Below, piece after piece: positions 9,266 to 19,278 of a stretch of 64,000 bases of DNA. Position 1 is the stretch's first letter. Each line of letters opens with the position of its first letter. The position numbers and the translations under genes are program-made. Origin of the DNA: Granulosicoccaceae bacterium. Its GTDB lineage: Bacteria > Pseudomonadota > Gammaproteobacteria > CALCKW01. The DNA lies in the NCBI GenBank assembly GCA_033852095.1, contig JAWSVD010000029.1, positions 78,077 through 142,076 of the forward strand, in the 5' to 3' direction. The notes beneath the pieces were generated by a model that made no database searches, was not told the DNA's origin, and saw nothing but the letters and a program-made list of their open reading frames with translations.

Positions 9266-10453
9266 TCAGCGCACGCGCGCGCTAATACGAGTTGGCTGCC
9301 TAACTGCCTTGTACGACTGCAAAAACTTCTTGGCGTAAAACCCCCTTTCCGCCGAAAATCTAATGTCTTGCGGCTTAAGCACAGGGCGCGTCAGTGCGTC
9401 TTCCATGTCACTGAGCGCAGAATTGAATTGGGTGTCCGTCACTAGATCGGGATAACTTTTCAGCAACCAGCGCGCCTCCTCCAAATGGCTGAGCGCGACG
9501 GAAATTTTTGCGAACGTGGCGTGGTACCGCCCCTCTTCGATGAGGATTATCGCAATCACGCTGGGCGGAGCGAGGGTTATTCTCTCCCGCGCGGTAGCGA
9601 GATGGCGCATCGCTGTTTCCTGGTCCCGCTGAATGATCGCCGTTCTCGCCAAGGCAGTGAGCACCAACAGGCTGTTGACCGCGTCCAGCTTAGAGCGCCC
9701 CTGCGACACAGCCTGCCGCATGCTGTGCGGCAAGACCCAGCCAGCGCACTTCGCGCCCTGATACGAGACTGCATCGGCTTATTGCATCAACCCAAGCTGG
9801 TAGTTTTCTAGGTCTTCGCTGTCAGTGGCCAGTTTCAGCCCCTGCATTGTGCACATGCGCGACTCGCGGTACATCCCAGCGTCGTTGATAACTTCGCCGA
9901 GAATGGCGACGAGCTGTCAATGCTCCTGCGCGTGCTTTCCCCGTTCAGCCACGGAGGCGGCCATGTCTGGAAAATTCGCCAAGCTGTCTTTGAAACAGTA
10001 GCTGCGCCGCGACATCAACAACATGGTGCGCTGGGTGGCAGAAAGAGCGCCGATCTCTCGAGCCCTTTCGCCTCGACCCACCGCTGGGAACAAAGCGCCA
10101 GGCTAGAGCCACTGTGCTGCCAACAGCTGAACCGCTGCGAGAACGCGCACATGGGCCGAACAGGACATTTGCAGCCGGATAAAACGCGAGAAATCAGCGT
10201 TCAAAGTGTCGATATCGGCGTATTGGCTGACGAGTTCGACCGCCATGCCATCGATCACTGCCAGAGGCGTTGAAGCCTTGGCGAGATCAGCAACGCCCTG
10301 CCCTATGGCGGCTAAGCGCCCCGCTCGCTACCCAATACGCGCGGCGCCGGTCAGCTGCGAGCGCAGTTGAAACGACCATGGACTACCTATGAGAACACCA
10401 GCACTGGGCGCTCTCGGACACACTGCTTTAGACCTTATACCAGCCCTTGCCAT
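9266..10453 (-). pseudogene. Probable decayed gene with helical/TPR-like segments
   Basis: Manual translation of the 9266..9733 frame upstream stays open except for four in-frame stops (9779, 9917, 10103, 10328) over about 400 codons. Segments such as LVAILGEVINDAGMYRESRMCTMQGLKLA look TPR-like. Confidence 0.4.
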
Positions 10454-10719
10454 GATCAGCGCTCTAGCCCTGAGGAACTCAGTTGATCACAAGCAACCAC
10501 GGGCTATCAAATTACTGTCTTGAAGCAGTCTATTCGTGGCGGTCGCCGTGCACGTATTTTGCAGTTACTCTAGCAATATTCCGAGCAGATCCGGTCAGGC
10601 TTTGCTCTTGCATGAAACGCGGGATTCTCTAGAAAGGGATTATCTCGTCGAGTTAAGTTCGACATGAACACTTCCGCACTACTAACAAGCTACCCAGCTC
10701 TGACGGAGATAGGCAATTG

Positions 10720-11136
10720 ATGGAATTCAAACCCAAGGCGCGCTCGAACGCAGAGAATAACGGATTGCTTTTGATCCGCCTCGCGGTGGGCTTACTGATC
10801 CTGATGGCGGGACTGCAAAAGGCGTTCAACCCCGATCAATTGGTTGAATTTGCGGATGCCATGACAAGCATCAGCCTGCCCAAAGAAGCCGTTTACATTA
10901 TTTTCTTGTTCGAAATCTTCATGCCCTTGATGCTCATTCTGGGTGTGCTGAGCAGGCTGGCAGCGGGGTTTGTCATCGCCTATCTGCTGGTGGCTATTTT
11001 TGCTATCAGCTTTGATTTTTTGTTTGAGATGGTACCTGGACGTGGCCACGCCCTTGAATCCGAATTTTTCTTCCTGCTGGCAAGCTTGGCTATCTGCTTT
11101 CTGGGCAGTGGCGACAAGGCACTCTACCCGGACTGA
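10720..11136 (+). CDS. DoxX family membrane protein
   Basis: GLLLIRLAVGLLILMAGLQK...FE...LMLILGVLSRLAA...G...E..FFLL..LAICFLGSG; GGAG RBS upstream. Confidence 0.85.
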   Translation: MEFKPKARSNAENNGLLLIRLAVGLLILMAGLQKAFNPDQLVEFADAMTSISLPKEAVYIIFLFEIFMPLMLILGVLSRLAAGFVIAYLLVAIFAISFDFLFEMVPGRGHALESEFFFLLASLAICFLGSGDKALYPD

Positions 11137-11185
11137 ATTTACTAAGATCGGCTCGGGTGTTTCTCCCTGGCCTTTCAGCAGGCCT

Positions 11186-11215
11186 AAAAAAACCCAGGAT
11201 TTACCTGGGTTTTTT
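11186..11215. terminator. Bidirectional intrinsic terminator
   Basis: aaaaaaa-cccagg-attta-cctggg-tttttt between convergent doxX and LRR genes. Confidence 0.85.
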
Positions 11216-11237
11216 GTTGATAGCGAAAATGCGCTTT

Positions 11238-12554
11238 TTATCTAGAAGATCTTTTCCCTGCTCGACGGGCGAAGCCCATCAGAGGAAGCAGCCCCAACCA
11301 CAGTGCTGCACCGCCGCCACCACTGCTGCTACCGGTCGTGGTGCCACCAGTTGTGGTTCCGCCCTGCCCCGTGACAGCATTGCTGACGTCGACACTGCCC
11401 GGCGCCGCAACTGTGCCACTCTGAATTGTTGCAGCAGCACCGCTGGTGCTGTTCTGGTAGGCCGTTACTTGCACGCGATAACTGCCCGCCGCAAGGCTGA
11501 TGATATTGGCGCTGCTGTTATCACCGCCTTCGATGGTTTCTGTCGTCCAGTTAAGCCCGTCGTCTGCTGAGTAGGCGACAAAATAACCGTCCGCTGCGAG
11601 CACACCTGTCCAGCTGACCAACATCGCGTTGGCACCGTTGGCCACCGCAGTGACACCGCTGACAGAAGCCAATGCCGGCGAGATTGGCAGCCCACTCGTG
11701 CCGGAACCAGAGGAAATACCCGTGCCTGTAGTATCGACATTTGCAGAAGCGATCTGCCCCGCACTTGGCAAGTTAAGTGTGCCGCCCAGGCCACTGCCAG
11801 CCACCACAAAATAATTTAAGTGGGTGTTATTGCTGTAGTCCGGGATCTGCCCTGTCACGGCGCTGCTCGATGCATTCAATCGCTGCAGCGAATCTTTGGA
11901 GACTTCCAATACCTGAGTAATATCGGCACTCAAGTTCGCAGTATTGTTGATGTTCAAGACCTGCAAAGACGACCCGCCGATGCCGCCTGCCAAACCTGTC
12001 AGGTACAAATTGTCGTTCAGGCCAGCGTACTGGAGTTCGGTGAGTCCACTCAAATCAGGCAACTCACCGGAGAGGCGCGTATTGTCCAGAAACAAGCCCT
12101 CGAGCCGTTCTAAGTCCTGCAGCCCTGTCGCCTCGCCACTGAGATTGTAATTGCCCACCAGATTGAGCGAGCGAACACTGCTCTTCACCGGGGCCAGAGC
12201 TGCCATCAGCGCGCTCATGTTGCCGTGCATCTCGGCGAAAGGAATTTCCAAACTGACGATTTCACCGCCGCTGCAGAGCACACCTGCCCAGGTGTCGCAG
12301 GCGGCGCTTTCGCCACCGATGACCCAGGGATCCCCGGCAAAGCTATTGCGAACACCGTCAATGCCCGCCAGGCCCTGCGTGTATTGGCCGACACCGCTCC
12401 ATGTATTGGCATTGACCCAGTAGGTGTTGGGGATATCGACGGACATGATACTGCGAAGTGATTGCTGGGACGCGGCACTGGTGCCTGCGTGGGCGAAACT
12501 ACTCAGTGCCATCGTGACAGTCACTGCGGCCAGGGAACGCTTGAGAATCATCAT
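11238..12554 (-). CDS. Secreted leucine-rich-repeat / fibronectin-III-like surface protein with GlyGly-CTERM sorting signal
   Basis: Signal peptide (…SSFAHA), cap CDTWAGVLC, repeats such as LEGLFLDNTRLSGELPDLSGLTELQYAGLNDN, Fn3-like LVSWTGV...GYFVAY...SLAAGSYRVQVTAY, Gly/Thr linker, and tail GGGGAALWLGLLPLMGFARRAGKRSSR. Confidence 0.8.
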   Translation of the reverse strand: MMILKRSLAAVTVTMALSSFAHAGTSAASQQSLRSIMSVDIPNTYWVNANTWSGVGQYTQGLAGIDGVRNSFAGDPWVIGGESAACDTWAGVLCSGGEIVSLEIPFAEMHGNMSALMAALAPVKSSVRSLNLVGNYNLSGEATGLQDLERLEGLFLDNTRLSGELPDLSGLTELQYAGLNDNLYLTGLAGGIGGSSLQVLNINNTANLSADITQVLEVSKDSLQRLNASSSAVTGQIPDYSNNTHLNYFVVAGSGLGGTLNLPSAGQIASANVDTTGTGISSGSGTSGLPISPALASVSGVTAVANGANAMLVSWTGVLAADGYFVAYSADDGLNWTTETIEGGDNSSANIISLAAGSYRVQVTAYQNSTSGAAATIQSGTVAAPGSVDVSNAVTGQGGTTTGGTTTGSSSGGGGAALWLGLLPLMGFARRAGKRSSR

Positions 12555-12815
12555 AGTTTGCTCTCTTCTTAGTCATCAAAATAGGCGGGCAATACACGGC
12601 TTTGCCGAACCTTTATGTTCGATCGCACCGGCGGCGAAGCGCGGGCAAATCAAACAAAACGTCATTGAGGAGACTTTATAACCAACTGGACAAAATCGGG
12701 GCGTGCGCTGTGTATCAAAAATGCTATAGACGCAAGAAACACGGGAGAGACCGAGAATTGCGCCACAGTGCGACCGGGCTTCTACCGGGAAATTGACAGA
12801 AAAATGCGAAGCGGC

Positions 12816-13799
12816 TCACAAAACAGCGGAGCTGCTGCGACGGTACTGTGAGGGTGACTGAGCGGCCTGCGATTGCCACAGCCGACGCAGGCTTCGCTCA
12901 TCCGCAAAACCGCAGCGCTCCGCCACCTGCGCGATACTCAGCACCGTCTGCGCCAACAGCTGCTTGCTCAGCTCCAAACGCGCCAACTGCAGATAGTTTT
13001 GAATGGATTCGCCGGTTGCCAGCTGGAACCGGCGCCTAAACTGCCGCTCGCTCAAGCAAGCCTGCTGAGCAAACTGCTCTACCCGCCACCGTGCGCCAGG
13101 TGATTGCATGATGTCATCTTGGATGGCGTGTATGTGGCCCTGCACATGATTGCGGTGCTGCAGCCAGAAGCTGAGGGTTTGCGCATTGCCGTCGCGGCGC
13201 TGATAGACCACCAGGTCGCGCGCGATCTGCTGCGCTACGCCAGCATCAAAAAACCGCGCCACCAAACGCAGGCTCAAATCGATACCCGTGGAGATACCCG
13301 CACTGGTGGTGAAAGGCCCGTCTTCGACGTAGAGACAGTTTTCTTTCACGGTGGCGGCTGGGGCTGCGACACGCAGTTGCGTGAGCAACTCATGGTGTGT
13401 GGTGCAATTCCTACCATCGAGCAAGCCCGACTGAGCCAACAACAGCGCGCCGGAACACACCGCTCCCACACACGCATATTGCAAGGCGTGCTGCGCCACC
13501 CAGGCCACCGCCTGCCGCCCCTGCTCACCTTGCAGCTGGTGCGACATACGGCTGCTGCCGATTACCAGCAGCGCCGCCTGCGGTGGAATATCGGTGGGCA
13601 GAGCTTCCAGCTCAGCGAGAGACAAACCCTGCGCCGACACCAGCTGCTTGGCAGGCCCTATATACCGCAGTTGCAAATCTAGCCGCGCACTGGCAAACAC
13701 CTGCGCAGGCCCCGCCAGATCCAGCAGATGCACCTCGGGCAGCACGAGTAAATCAACGTGCTCAAGCCTGCCGCCACTGACAGATTCAAGACGACGCAT
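12816..13799 (-). CDS. GlxA-family transcriptional regulator (DJ-1/PfpI + AraC HTH)
   Basis: LLDLAGPAQVF, VCSGALLLA, TSAGISTGIDLSL, LSERQFRRRF, CGFADERSLRR. Confidence 0.9.
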   Translation of the reverse strand: MRRLESVSGGRLEHVDLLVLPEVHLLDLAGPAQVFASARLDLQLRYIGPAKQLVSAQGLSLAELEALPTDIPPQAALLVIGSSRMSHQLQGEQGRQAVAWVAQHALQYACVGAVCSGALLLAQSGLLDGRNCTTHHELLTQLRVAAPAATVKENCLYVEDGPFTTSAGISTGIDLSLRLVARFFDAGVAQQIARDLVVYQRRDGNAQTLSFWLQHRNHVQGHIHAIQDDIMQSPGARWRVEQFAQQACLSERQFRRRFQLATGESIQNYLQLARLELSKQLLAQTVLSIAQVAERCGFADERSLRRLWQSQAAQSPSQYRRSSSAVL

Positions 13800-14538
13800 A
13801 AGCTCGGCTTGTGGACTGGCGGCTGATTAAGCGATCAAAATACAAACAATCAAAGGCACTGGCCGCAGGGTCCGCAGCAAAACCGTCACGGCAGCCGGTG
13901 TTACAAAACCCCACCTGAAATCCACGGTAGTCGGTCAACGCATCCGCAGAGACGGGCTTGCCCGATCGGGGGCAGCGGCAATTCAAGCTCGCGTCCGTTG
14001 CGCGCGCTCGAATATGATCAACCGAGACCACAGCCGCAAAGCGCCCGGCGAGCACCATCTCCGTGTGCGCCTTGATCTGCGCCACGCTCGACACCTCGCC
14101 GTTCGGCAGCTGCATGTCGAAAGTGTGCGTGGCGTCCATGACGTACTCCACTTCATACCCCGCGTCACTGGCGACGCGCGCCGTGGTCTCGCAACACTGT
14201 TCGGTGCGCAGGCCGCTGATCAGCAGGCGGCTAATACCGCGCTGCACCAACCAGGGCTCCAGACCGGACTCTGACAGTGCATTGTGCACCCGCTTGTGAA
14301 ATACAGGATCACCCGGCAACCTGTCTACCCACGCCATGGGCTCTACAAAACCCGAGGCCAGCGAAAAAGGCCCGCGGCTGACATGGTAGACAAAGATCAC
14401 CGGCCAAGATTGGTTGCGGGCGTGGGCAATCAAATTGTTCTGCGCAGACTGGTAGGCGGCGAGATCTTGTTCAGTCCAAAATGGCATCTGCTCAAAGGAC
14501 TGCTGTACATCGATAACCAGTAGGGCTGTGTTGCTCAT
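13786..14538 (-). CDS. Isochorismatase/cysteine hydrolase with C-terminal YHS-like Cys-rich domain
   Basis: ALLVIDVQQSF, HKRVHNAL and SGLRTEQCCETTARVA (isochorismatase family), followed by CPRSGKPV...YRGFQVGFCNTGCRD. Confidence 0.85.
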   Translation of the reverse strand: MSNTALLVIDVQQSFEQMPFWTEQDLAAYQSAQNNLIAHARNQSWPVIFVYHVSRGPFSLASGFVEPMAWVDRLPGDPVFHKRVHNALSESGLEPWLVQRGISRLLISGLRTEQCCETTARVASDAGYEVEYVMDATHTFDMQLPNGEVSSVAQIKAHTEMVLAGRFAAVVSVDHIRARATDASLNCRCPRSGKPVSADALTDYRGFQVGFCNTGCRDGFAADPAASAFDCLYFDRLISRQSTSRAYASS

Positions 14539-14697
14539 GTCGCTCTCTCCAAACTATTCATAACAAAGTAGAGCTCCAGTTTCAGCTTTGGGCCGCGCCA
14601 CAGCCACACCAATACAGACAAGCACCGGACACATTCGGCCATCTTAAGCTACAGATGATATCGAATCACCTGCTCCGACTGCCCTGTTTTTTCAGTA

Positions 14698-15939
14698 CTA
14701 CAGCGACTTTCTCGGCTCCACCACTGCACTGGAAAACACCAGACCGGCGATCAGCGACATAAACAGCATAAAACTCTGCACCCCAATTTGATCGGCCGGT
14801 AATATCTGCTGACCGCTGACGGCCGCGTTGAGACCCACGTAGACCTTGCTGCCAGGCACCAGGATGACGATGCCCTGCAAGGTCACAAGTACCGCCGGCG
14901 CATTGCGCCAGCGGGCGAACAAATTGGCGTAGATGCCCACGGCGAAGGCCCCGGCAAAGGCGGCGAGCGCGAGACCGAGCTCCGGCCGCAGATAGTCACT
15001 CACCGCAAACGCCAAAAGCCCCGAAGCCACCCCCCAGGGTGCGTCACGCCACTGTGTTTTGAACACCACGGCCAAACAACAGGACAGCAATAGAACCGCT
15101 GGCCAGACCAGAACATCGGGCACCGCAGGGGCATCCAGGGGACTGACAACGCCCCACAGCTGCACGCCGAGCGCAGCACCCAAGACCGTGCCGAAGTACA
15201 GCTTGAACAGCACCATCAGCGCATCCATGATGCGCGCGGTGCCAGAGATCAGCTCGCGGGCGGCCAGATCCCTCAGCCCCAGAGCCAATGACAACCCGGG
15301 CACAAACACCACAATACTGGAGAGCACCAACAAGGGCTGGTTGATGCGCGGCTCAACGGTGGCGGCAGCCACAGCCAAGAAGGCAACCGTGGTTGCAGCC
15401 AGGGGCTCCAACATCTGCGCAATGCGCGGACTGCGCTCGGCCAACCACACCAAACCGTAGACAACTACGCCCAGCCCCAGGGAGAACAAGACATCCGGCC
15501 AAGTCGCCCGCATAAGCAACGCAAAAGCAGCGGGTATCAGGGAAAAAGCCAACAACGTCACGCCTGTGGAGTACACCGGCCCAGCAGACTCTATCTCCCC
15601 CAAGCCTTGCATCGCTTGCTCTAGGCTCATGCCGCCCAGCACGAAATTTTCAACCAGCGCATCGGCGCGGGCCAGCGACCCCAGATCAAGCTCCCCCGGC
15701 GCCACGCGCATGGAGTAGTTATAGACTTGCTGTTCGGGAGTCTCCACAGGCCACAGACAAAAGATCAGCGAAGTCGGGTTGACCAAAAAATGCCCGCCCA
15801 TCTGCAGGTGTTCAGCCACGTTGTTGAGGTGCGCCTCCAGCCGGTACGCAGGCGTACCATAGCGATGCAACATGCCGCCCAAGCGGATGAGGAAAGCGCG
15901 TTTTTGCAGCACTGAGGGCTGTGCGGTTTGAGGCGACAA
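14698..15939 (-). CDS. Threonine/serine exporter family (ThrE-like) membrane protein
   Basis: LIRLGGMLHRYGTPAYRLE, SIVVFVPGL, RELISGTAR, GIVILVPGS; about 10 TM segments; AGGAG RBS before TTG. Confidence 0.85.
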   Translation of the reverse strand: MSPQTAQPSVLQKRAFLIRLGGMLHRYGTPAYRLEAHLNNVAEHLQMGGHFLVNPTSLIFCLWPVETPEQQVYNYSMRVAPGELDLGSLARADALVENFVLGGMSLEQAMQGLGEIESAGPVYSTGVTLLAFSLIPAAFALLMRATWPDVLFSLGLGVVVYGLVWLAERSPRIAQMLEPLAATTVAFLAVAAATVEPRINQPLLVLSSIVVFVPGLSLALGLRDLAARELISGTARIMDALMVLFKLYFGTVLGAALGVQLWGVVSPLDAPAVPDVLVWPAVLLLSCCLAVVFKTQWRDAPWGVASGLLAFAVSDYLRPELGLALAAFAGAFAVGIYANLFARWRNAPAVLVTLQGIVILVPGSKVYVGLNAAVSGQQILPADQIGVQSFMLFMSLIAGLVFSSAVVEPRKSL

Positions 15940-16223
15940 GCTGGGCTCCTATTGAATGCTCCGAACGGCGATGATGCTACTTGATAACAGGCCATCAAGT
16001 GCAACAAGCTATCAGCCCGGCCTCACATGCAGGCACGGTCAGCATGACCAGAGCGCCCGCACACATGCCGCGCAAAGCGTTGCTTAAGGCCCGCAATCGG
16101 GTATTGTTGAGAGGATCAACAACGATGCAAATAAATACACCGCATCAAGCCGCTCTCGGACAGCCTTCGAAAGACGCTTGAGCCATAGACAGAGCCTGGC
16201 GATCCCAGGCATTTTGGGGTTAC

Positions 16224-17603
16224 ATGAGCCGCAGCAACACCCTTACATCAGCGCCTCTACCAGGGCGTTCGCATCCGCAGCTGCACAGCCTCGCAGCGAA
16301 GCCAACCACAGCTAAAGCGCGGCTCTTGCTCGGTCTGCTCTGTGCTCTGCCTACCATCAGCATGGCACTCGATCTCGGTCCACGGCCCGAATTCCCACCG
16401 AGCGATACTGACCGCGTTCGCCTCGGCCAGCAGCTGTTTTATGATCCGATTCTCTCGGGCAATCAGAACATCAGCTGTGCCACCTGCCACCACCCCAACT
16501 TCGGCACCGCCGACGCGGTGTCCCTGGCCATTGGCGAAGGCGGCAAGGGCCTGGGCCGAGAGCGACAGTTCGGCCACGACAACCTGCCCGAACAGCGCAT
16601 CCCGCGCAACTCGCCAGCGCTGTGGAATTTAGGCGCCACCGAGTTCGATACCTTTTTTCACGACGGCCGCTTGGAATCTGACAGCAGTCAGGCCAATGGC
16701 ATCCGCACGCCGCTGGGCGCAGACATGAGCCGCGGTTTCCAGTCGGCGCTGGCGGCCCAAGCGATGTTCCCGGTGTTGTCCCCCGACGAAATGGCTGGCC
16801 ACTATTCGGAAAACGACGTGAGCCGAGCGGTGCGATTGGGCATGCTCAGTCAACCCGGCGGCGCCTGGGACTTGATCGCGGCTCGGGTGCTGGATATACC
16901 GGCCTACGCGCAGGCATTTGAACAATCTGCACCGGGCGAAAAAATCACTTTTGCAGCAGTCGCCAATATGATCGCCGATTTCATCGCCCATGAGTGGCGC
17001 GCGGACAACAGCCTGTTCGACCGCGTCATGCTCGCCAAAGCCGAACTGCCCGCCAGAGCACAACAGGGCATGGATCTGTTCTACGGCAAGGCGCAGTGCA
17101 GCACTTGTCATTCGGGTTGGTTCCAGAGCGATCATGATTTCCACGCGATCGCACTGCCGCAGATCGGCCCGGGCAAGGCGGCGCGCTTTGAATCCCACGC
17201 CCGCGACGAGGGCCGCATGCGGGTGACGGGCGATGCGGATGACGCCTTCAAATTTCGCACCCCCTCCCTGCGCAACGTCACCCTCACCGCGCCCTACGGC
17301 CACAACGGCGCCTTCGCCAAGCTCAGGGACATGGTGCAGCACCACCTGGACCCTGTGGCCTCGCTGCGGCGCTATGACATAGAGTTATCCCTGCTGCCGG
17401 ATTTCCCCGGCGCGCAAGATCAGCGCATATTGGCAGACCCCGCCGCCATCGACGCGATCGCAGCGGCCAACGAGCTTGAAGCCCAGACACTCAACACGGC
17501 GGAGCTCGAGCAGATCATCGCCTTCCTCGGCACGCTGGAAGACGCGCCAGAACGCCTCGGCGTACCGAACGAAGTCCCCAGTGGTTTGGCGGTGGAGCAG
17601 TAG
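16224..17603 (+). CDS. Di-heme cytochrome c peroxidase / MauG-like protein
   Basis: LGQQLFYDPILSGNQNISCATCHHP (heme 1), RNSPALWN, FFHDGR, CSTCHSG (heme 2), FRTPSLRNVTLTAPYGHNG. Exact start uncertain. Confidence 0.88.
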   Translation: MSRSNTLTSAPLPGRSHPQLHSLAAKPTTAKARLLLGLLCALPTISMALDLGPRPEFPPSDTDRVRLGQQLFYDPILSGNQNISCATCHHPNFGTADAVSLAIGEGGKGLGRERQFGHDNLPEQRIPRNSPALWNLGATEFDTFFHDGRLESDSSQANGIRTPLGADMSRGFQSALAAQAMFPVLSPDEMAGHYSENDVSRAVRLGMLSQPGGAWDLIAARVLDIPAYAQAFEQSAPGEKITFAAVANMIADFIAHEWRADNSLFDRVMLAKAELPARAQQGMDLFYGKAQCSTCHSGWFQSDHDFHAIALPQIGPGKAARFESHARDEGRMRVTGDADDAFKFRTPSLRNVTLTAPYGHNGAFAKLRDMVQHHLDPVASLRRYDIELSLLPDFPGAQDQRILADPAAIDAIAAANELEAQTLNTAELEQIIAFLGTLEDAPERLGVPNEVPSGLAVEQ

Positions 17604-17679
17604 GCACTGATACAGCACACCCCTTGTGGCCGCTAAGCCGCAGGCGCACCGGCGGCATGCCCACGATAACGCGCCGAAC

Positions 17680-19278
17680 CTAGGGGCGCCTCAGCTGCAC
17701 TGTCTGATTGCTTTCCATCGTCTGCCAATCACCGACCGCTCCCTGTGGCCAGATCACCCGCAGCTCCACCTCGCCCGCATCTCCCAGCCCAAAGTGCTGA
17801 AAGCCGGCCTGACCACTGGCGTGGCCACCGCCGACGGTCACTTCGCGCGTCTGCAGGCCCTGCACTGTTTTGATCTCGATGAAGCTGCCCACCGCTGAAC
17901 GGTTCGGTGCATCTGCGATCAGATCGACCAGCAACCAGTTCCCCGCGCGGTGCTGATTGGCGTACACCTGCAAATCCGCGCGGCGGTTGAGCACCGCCAG
18001 ATCGAGGTAGCCGTCGTTGTTCAAGTCCATCAGTGCGGCACCGCGTGAGCGCGCCATCGAGGCGACACCCGCCTCTGCAGCGGCTTCAACAAAAGCACCC
18101 GAGGGCTGTTGCAACAACAAATTATTGGGGTCCTCCATCGCCGCCACGGGCATTTGCTCCACATTGCCCTTGGCCACAAAAAGATCATCCAGGCCGTCGT
18201 TGTTGACGTCGCCAAACTGCGCGTGCCAACCGGTGGAAGGCCTGCCGTCCCCACCCGTGTGAGGCCGGTGCGCGGTGGCGCCGCGCTGGTAGGTGTCGTT
18301 GCGCCACACTGGGCCCGTAGCCGTGGGGTCGAAGACCTGCAGCTTCTGATCGCCCATGGAGGTCAAATAAATCTCGGGGTAACCGTCCCCGGTGATGTCC
18401 CTGGAGGCTATGCCCATGCCCCAGAGGGAGTAGTGCAACCAACCCTGCTCCTCTGAATACAAGCTAGGCTCCGCCCCCATGGCCCAGAGCTGTTCCTGCC
18501 CGCCGCGCACGTAGTAGTGTCGGTCATTGCTCACCCGCAGGTCCGCACGCCCGCTGCGGCCCCAATCGGAAAACAACATCGACAGCGCGCAATAACCGGG
18601 CTCCAGCAGCTGGGGCTCGTGATAGCGATTACCTTCAGGCCGGTACACAAGAGTAGGGTCACACACTTCAAAGGGACCCGCAGGGTCAGACCTATCAACG
18701 TAGCTGCCAAAGGCAAGCGTGGGCAGCGCATTGCCTCCCTCCCAGGTGGCGGAGAAGGCAGTGCTCCAATAGTCCCCTGCAGCGAAGCCCAGCGACTCAA
18801 AGGGCGCGAAGCCACAATGGCCATTGCCGCGCAGCAGTAAGTCAGGCCCGACCCGCAAGACCACCAGATCGAGCGCGCCGTCGCTGTCTATGTCCAGTGG
18901 GTAGGCGCCCACCACCCCCTTCAGCGCCAATGAGGCGGGCGTAGCAACGCTGAAGCTGAGTTTATCCGCGGAGGTGTTTCTGAACAGCTGTGCGGGGTTT
19001 TCCCCGCCCGCCGCATAGAGTTCGGGCAGCTGATCGCCGTCGCAGTCAAAAGCCGCCACGCCGCCGCCTACAAAATGCTCCCACTGGCCGTCGTAAACAT
19101 GAGAAGAGACATCGACCGGATCAAAATGAGGCGTTTCTGGCTGGGAGGCTAGTGCCAGAACAGGACAGGCGGCGAGCGTGAATAACAGGGAGCTGAGAGC
19201 GAGCGCCCGCTGAGGTGACACGGCGCTGCGCGGCAAAGGCGAATCTGAGTGCCGCCGCCGAATATTCATTTGTCTCAC
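17680..19278 (-). CDS. CRTAC1-family protein (FG-GAP/VCBS repeats + ASPIC/UnbV C-terminal domain)
   Basis: GGGVAAFDCDGD, DIDSDGALDL, DITGDGYPEIY, FGDVNNDGLDDL, MDLNNDGYLDL and C-terminal GGGHASGQ...HFGLG...VIWP. Predicted signal peptide; start uncertain. Confidence 0.85.
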   Translation of the reverse strand: MRQMNIRRRHSDSPLPRSAVSPQRALALSSLLFTLAACPVLALASQPETPHFDPVDVSSHVYDGQWEHFVGGGVAAFDCDGDQLPELYAAGGENPAQLFRNTSADKLSFSVATPASLALKGVVGAYPLDIDSDGALDLVVLRVGPDLLLRGNGHCGFAPFESLGFAAGDYWSTAFSATWEGGNALPTLAFGSYVDRSDPAGPFEVCDPTLVYRPEGNRYHEPQLLEPGYCALSMLFSDWGRSGRADLRVSNDRHYYVRGGQEQLWAMGAEPSLYSEEQGWLHYSLWGMGIASRDITGDGYPEIYLTSMGDQKLQVFDPTATGPVWRNDTYQRGATAHRPHTGGDGRPSTGWHAQFGDVNNDGLDDLFVAKGNVEQMPVAAMEDPNNLLLQQPSGAFVEAAAEAGVASMARSRGAALMDLNNDGYLDLAVLNRRADLQVYANQHRAGNWLLVDLIADAPNRSAVGSFIEIKTVQGLQTREVTVGGGHASGQAGFQHFGLGDAGEVELRVIWPQGAVGDWQTMESNQTVQLRRP

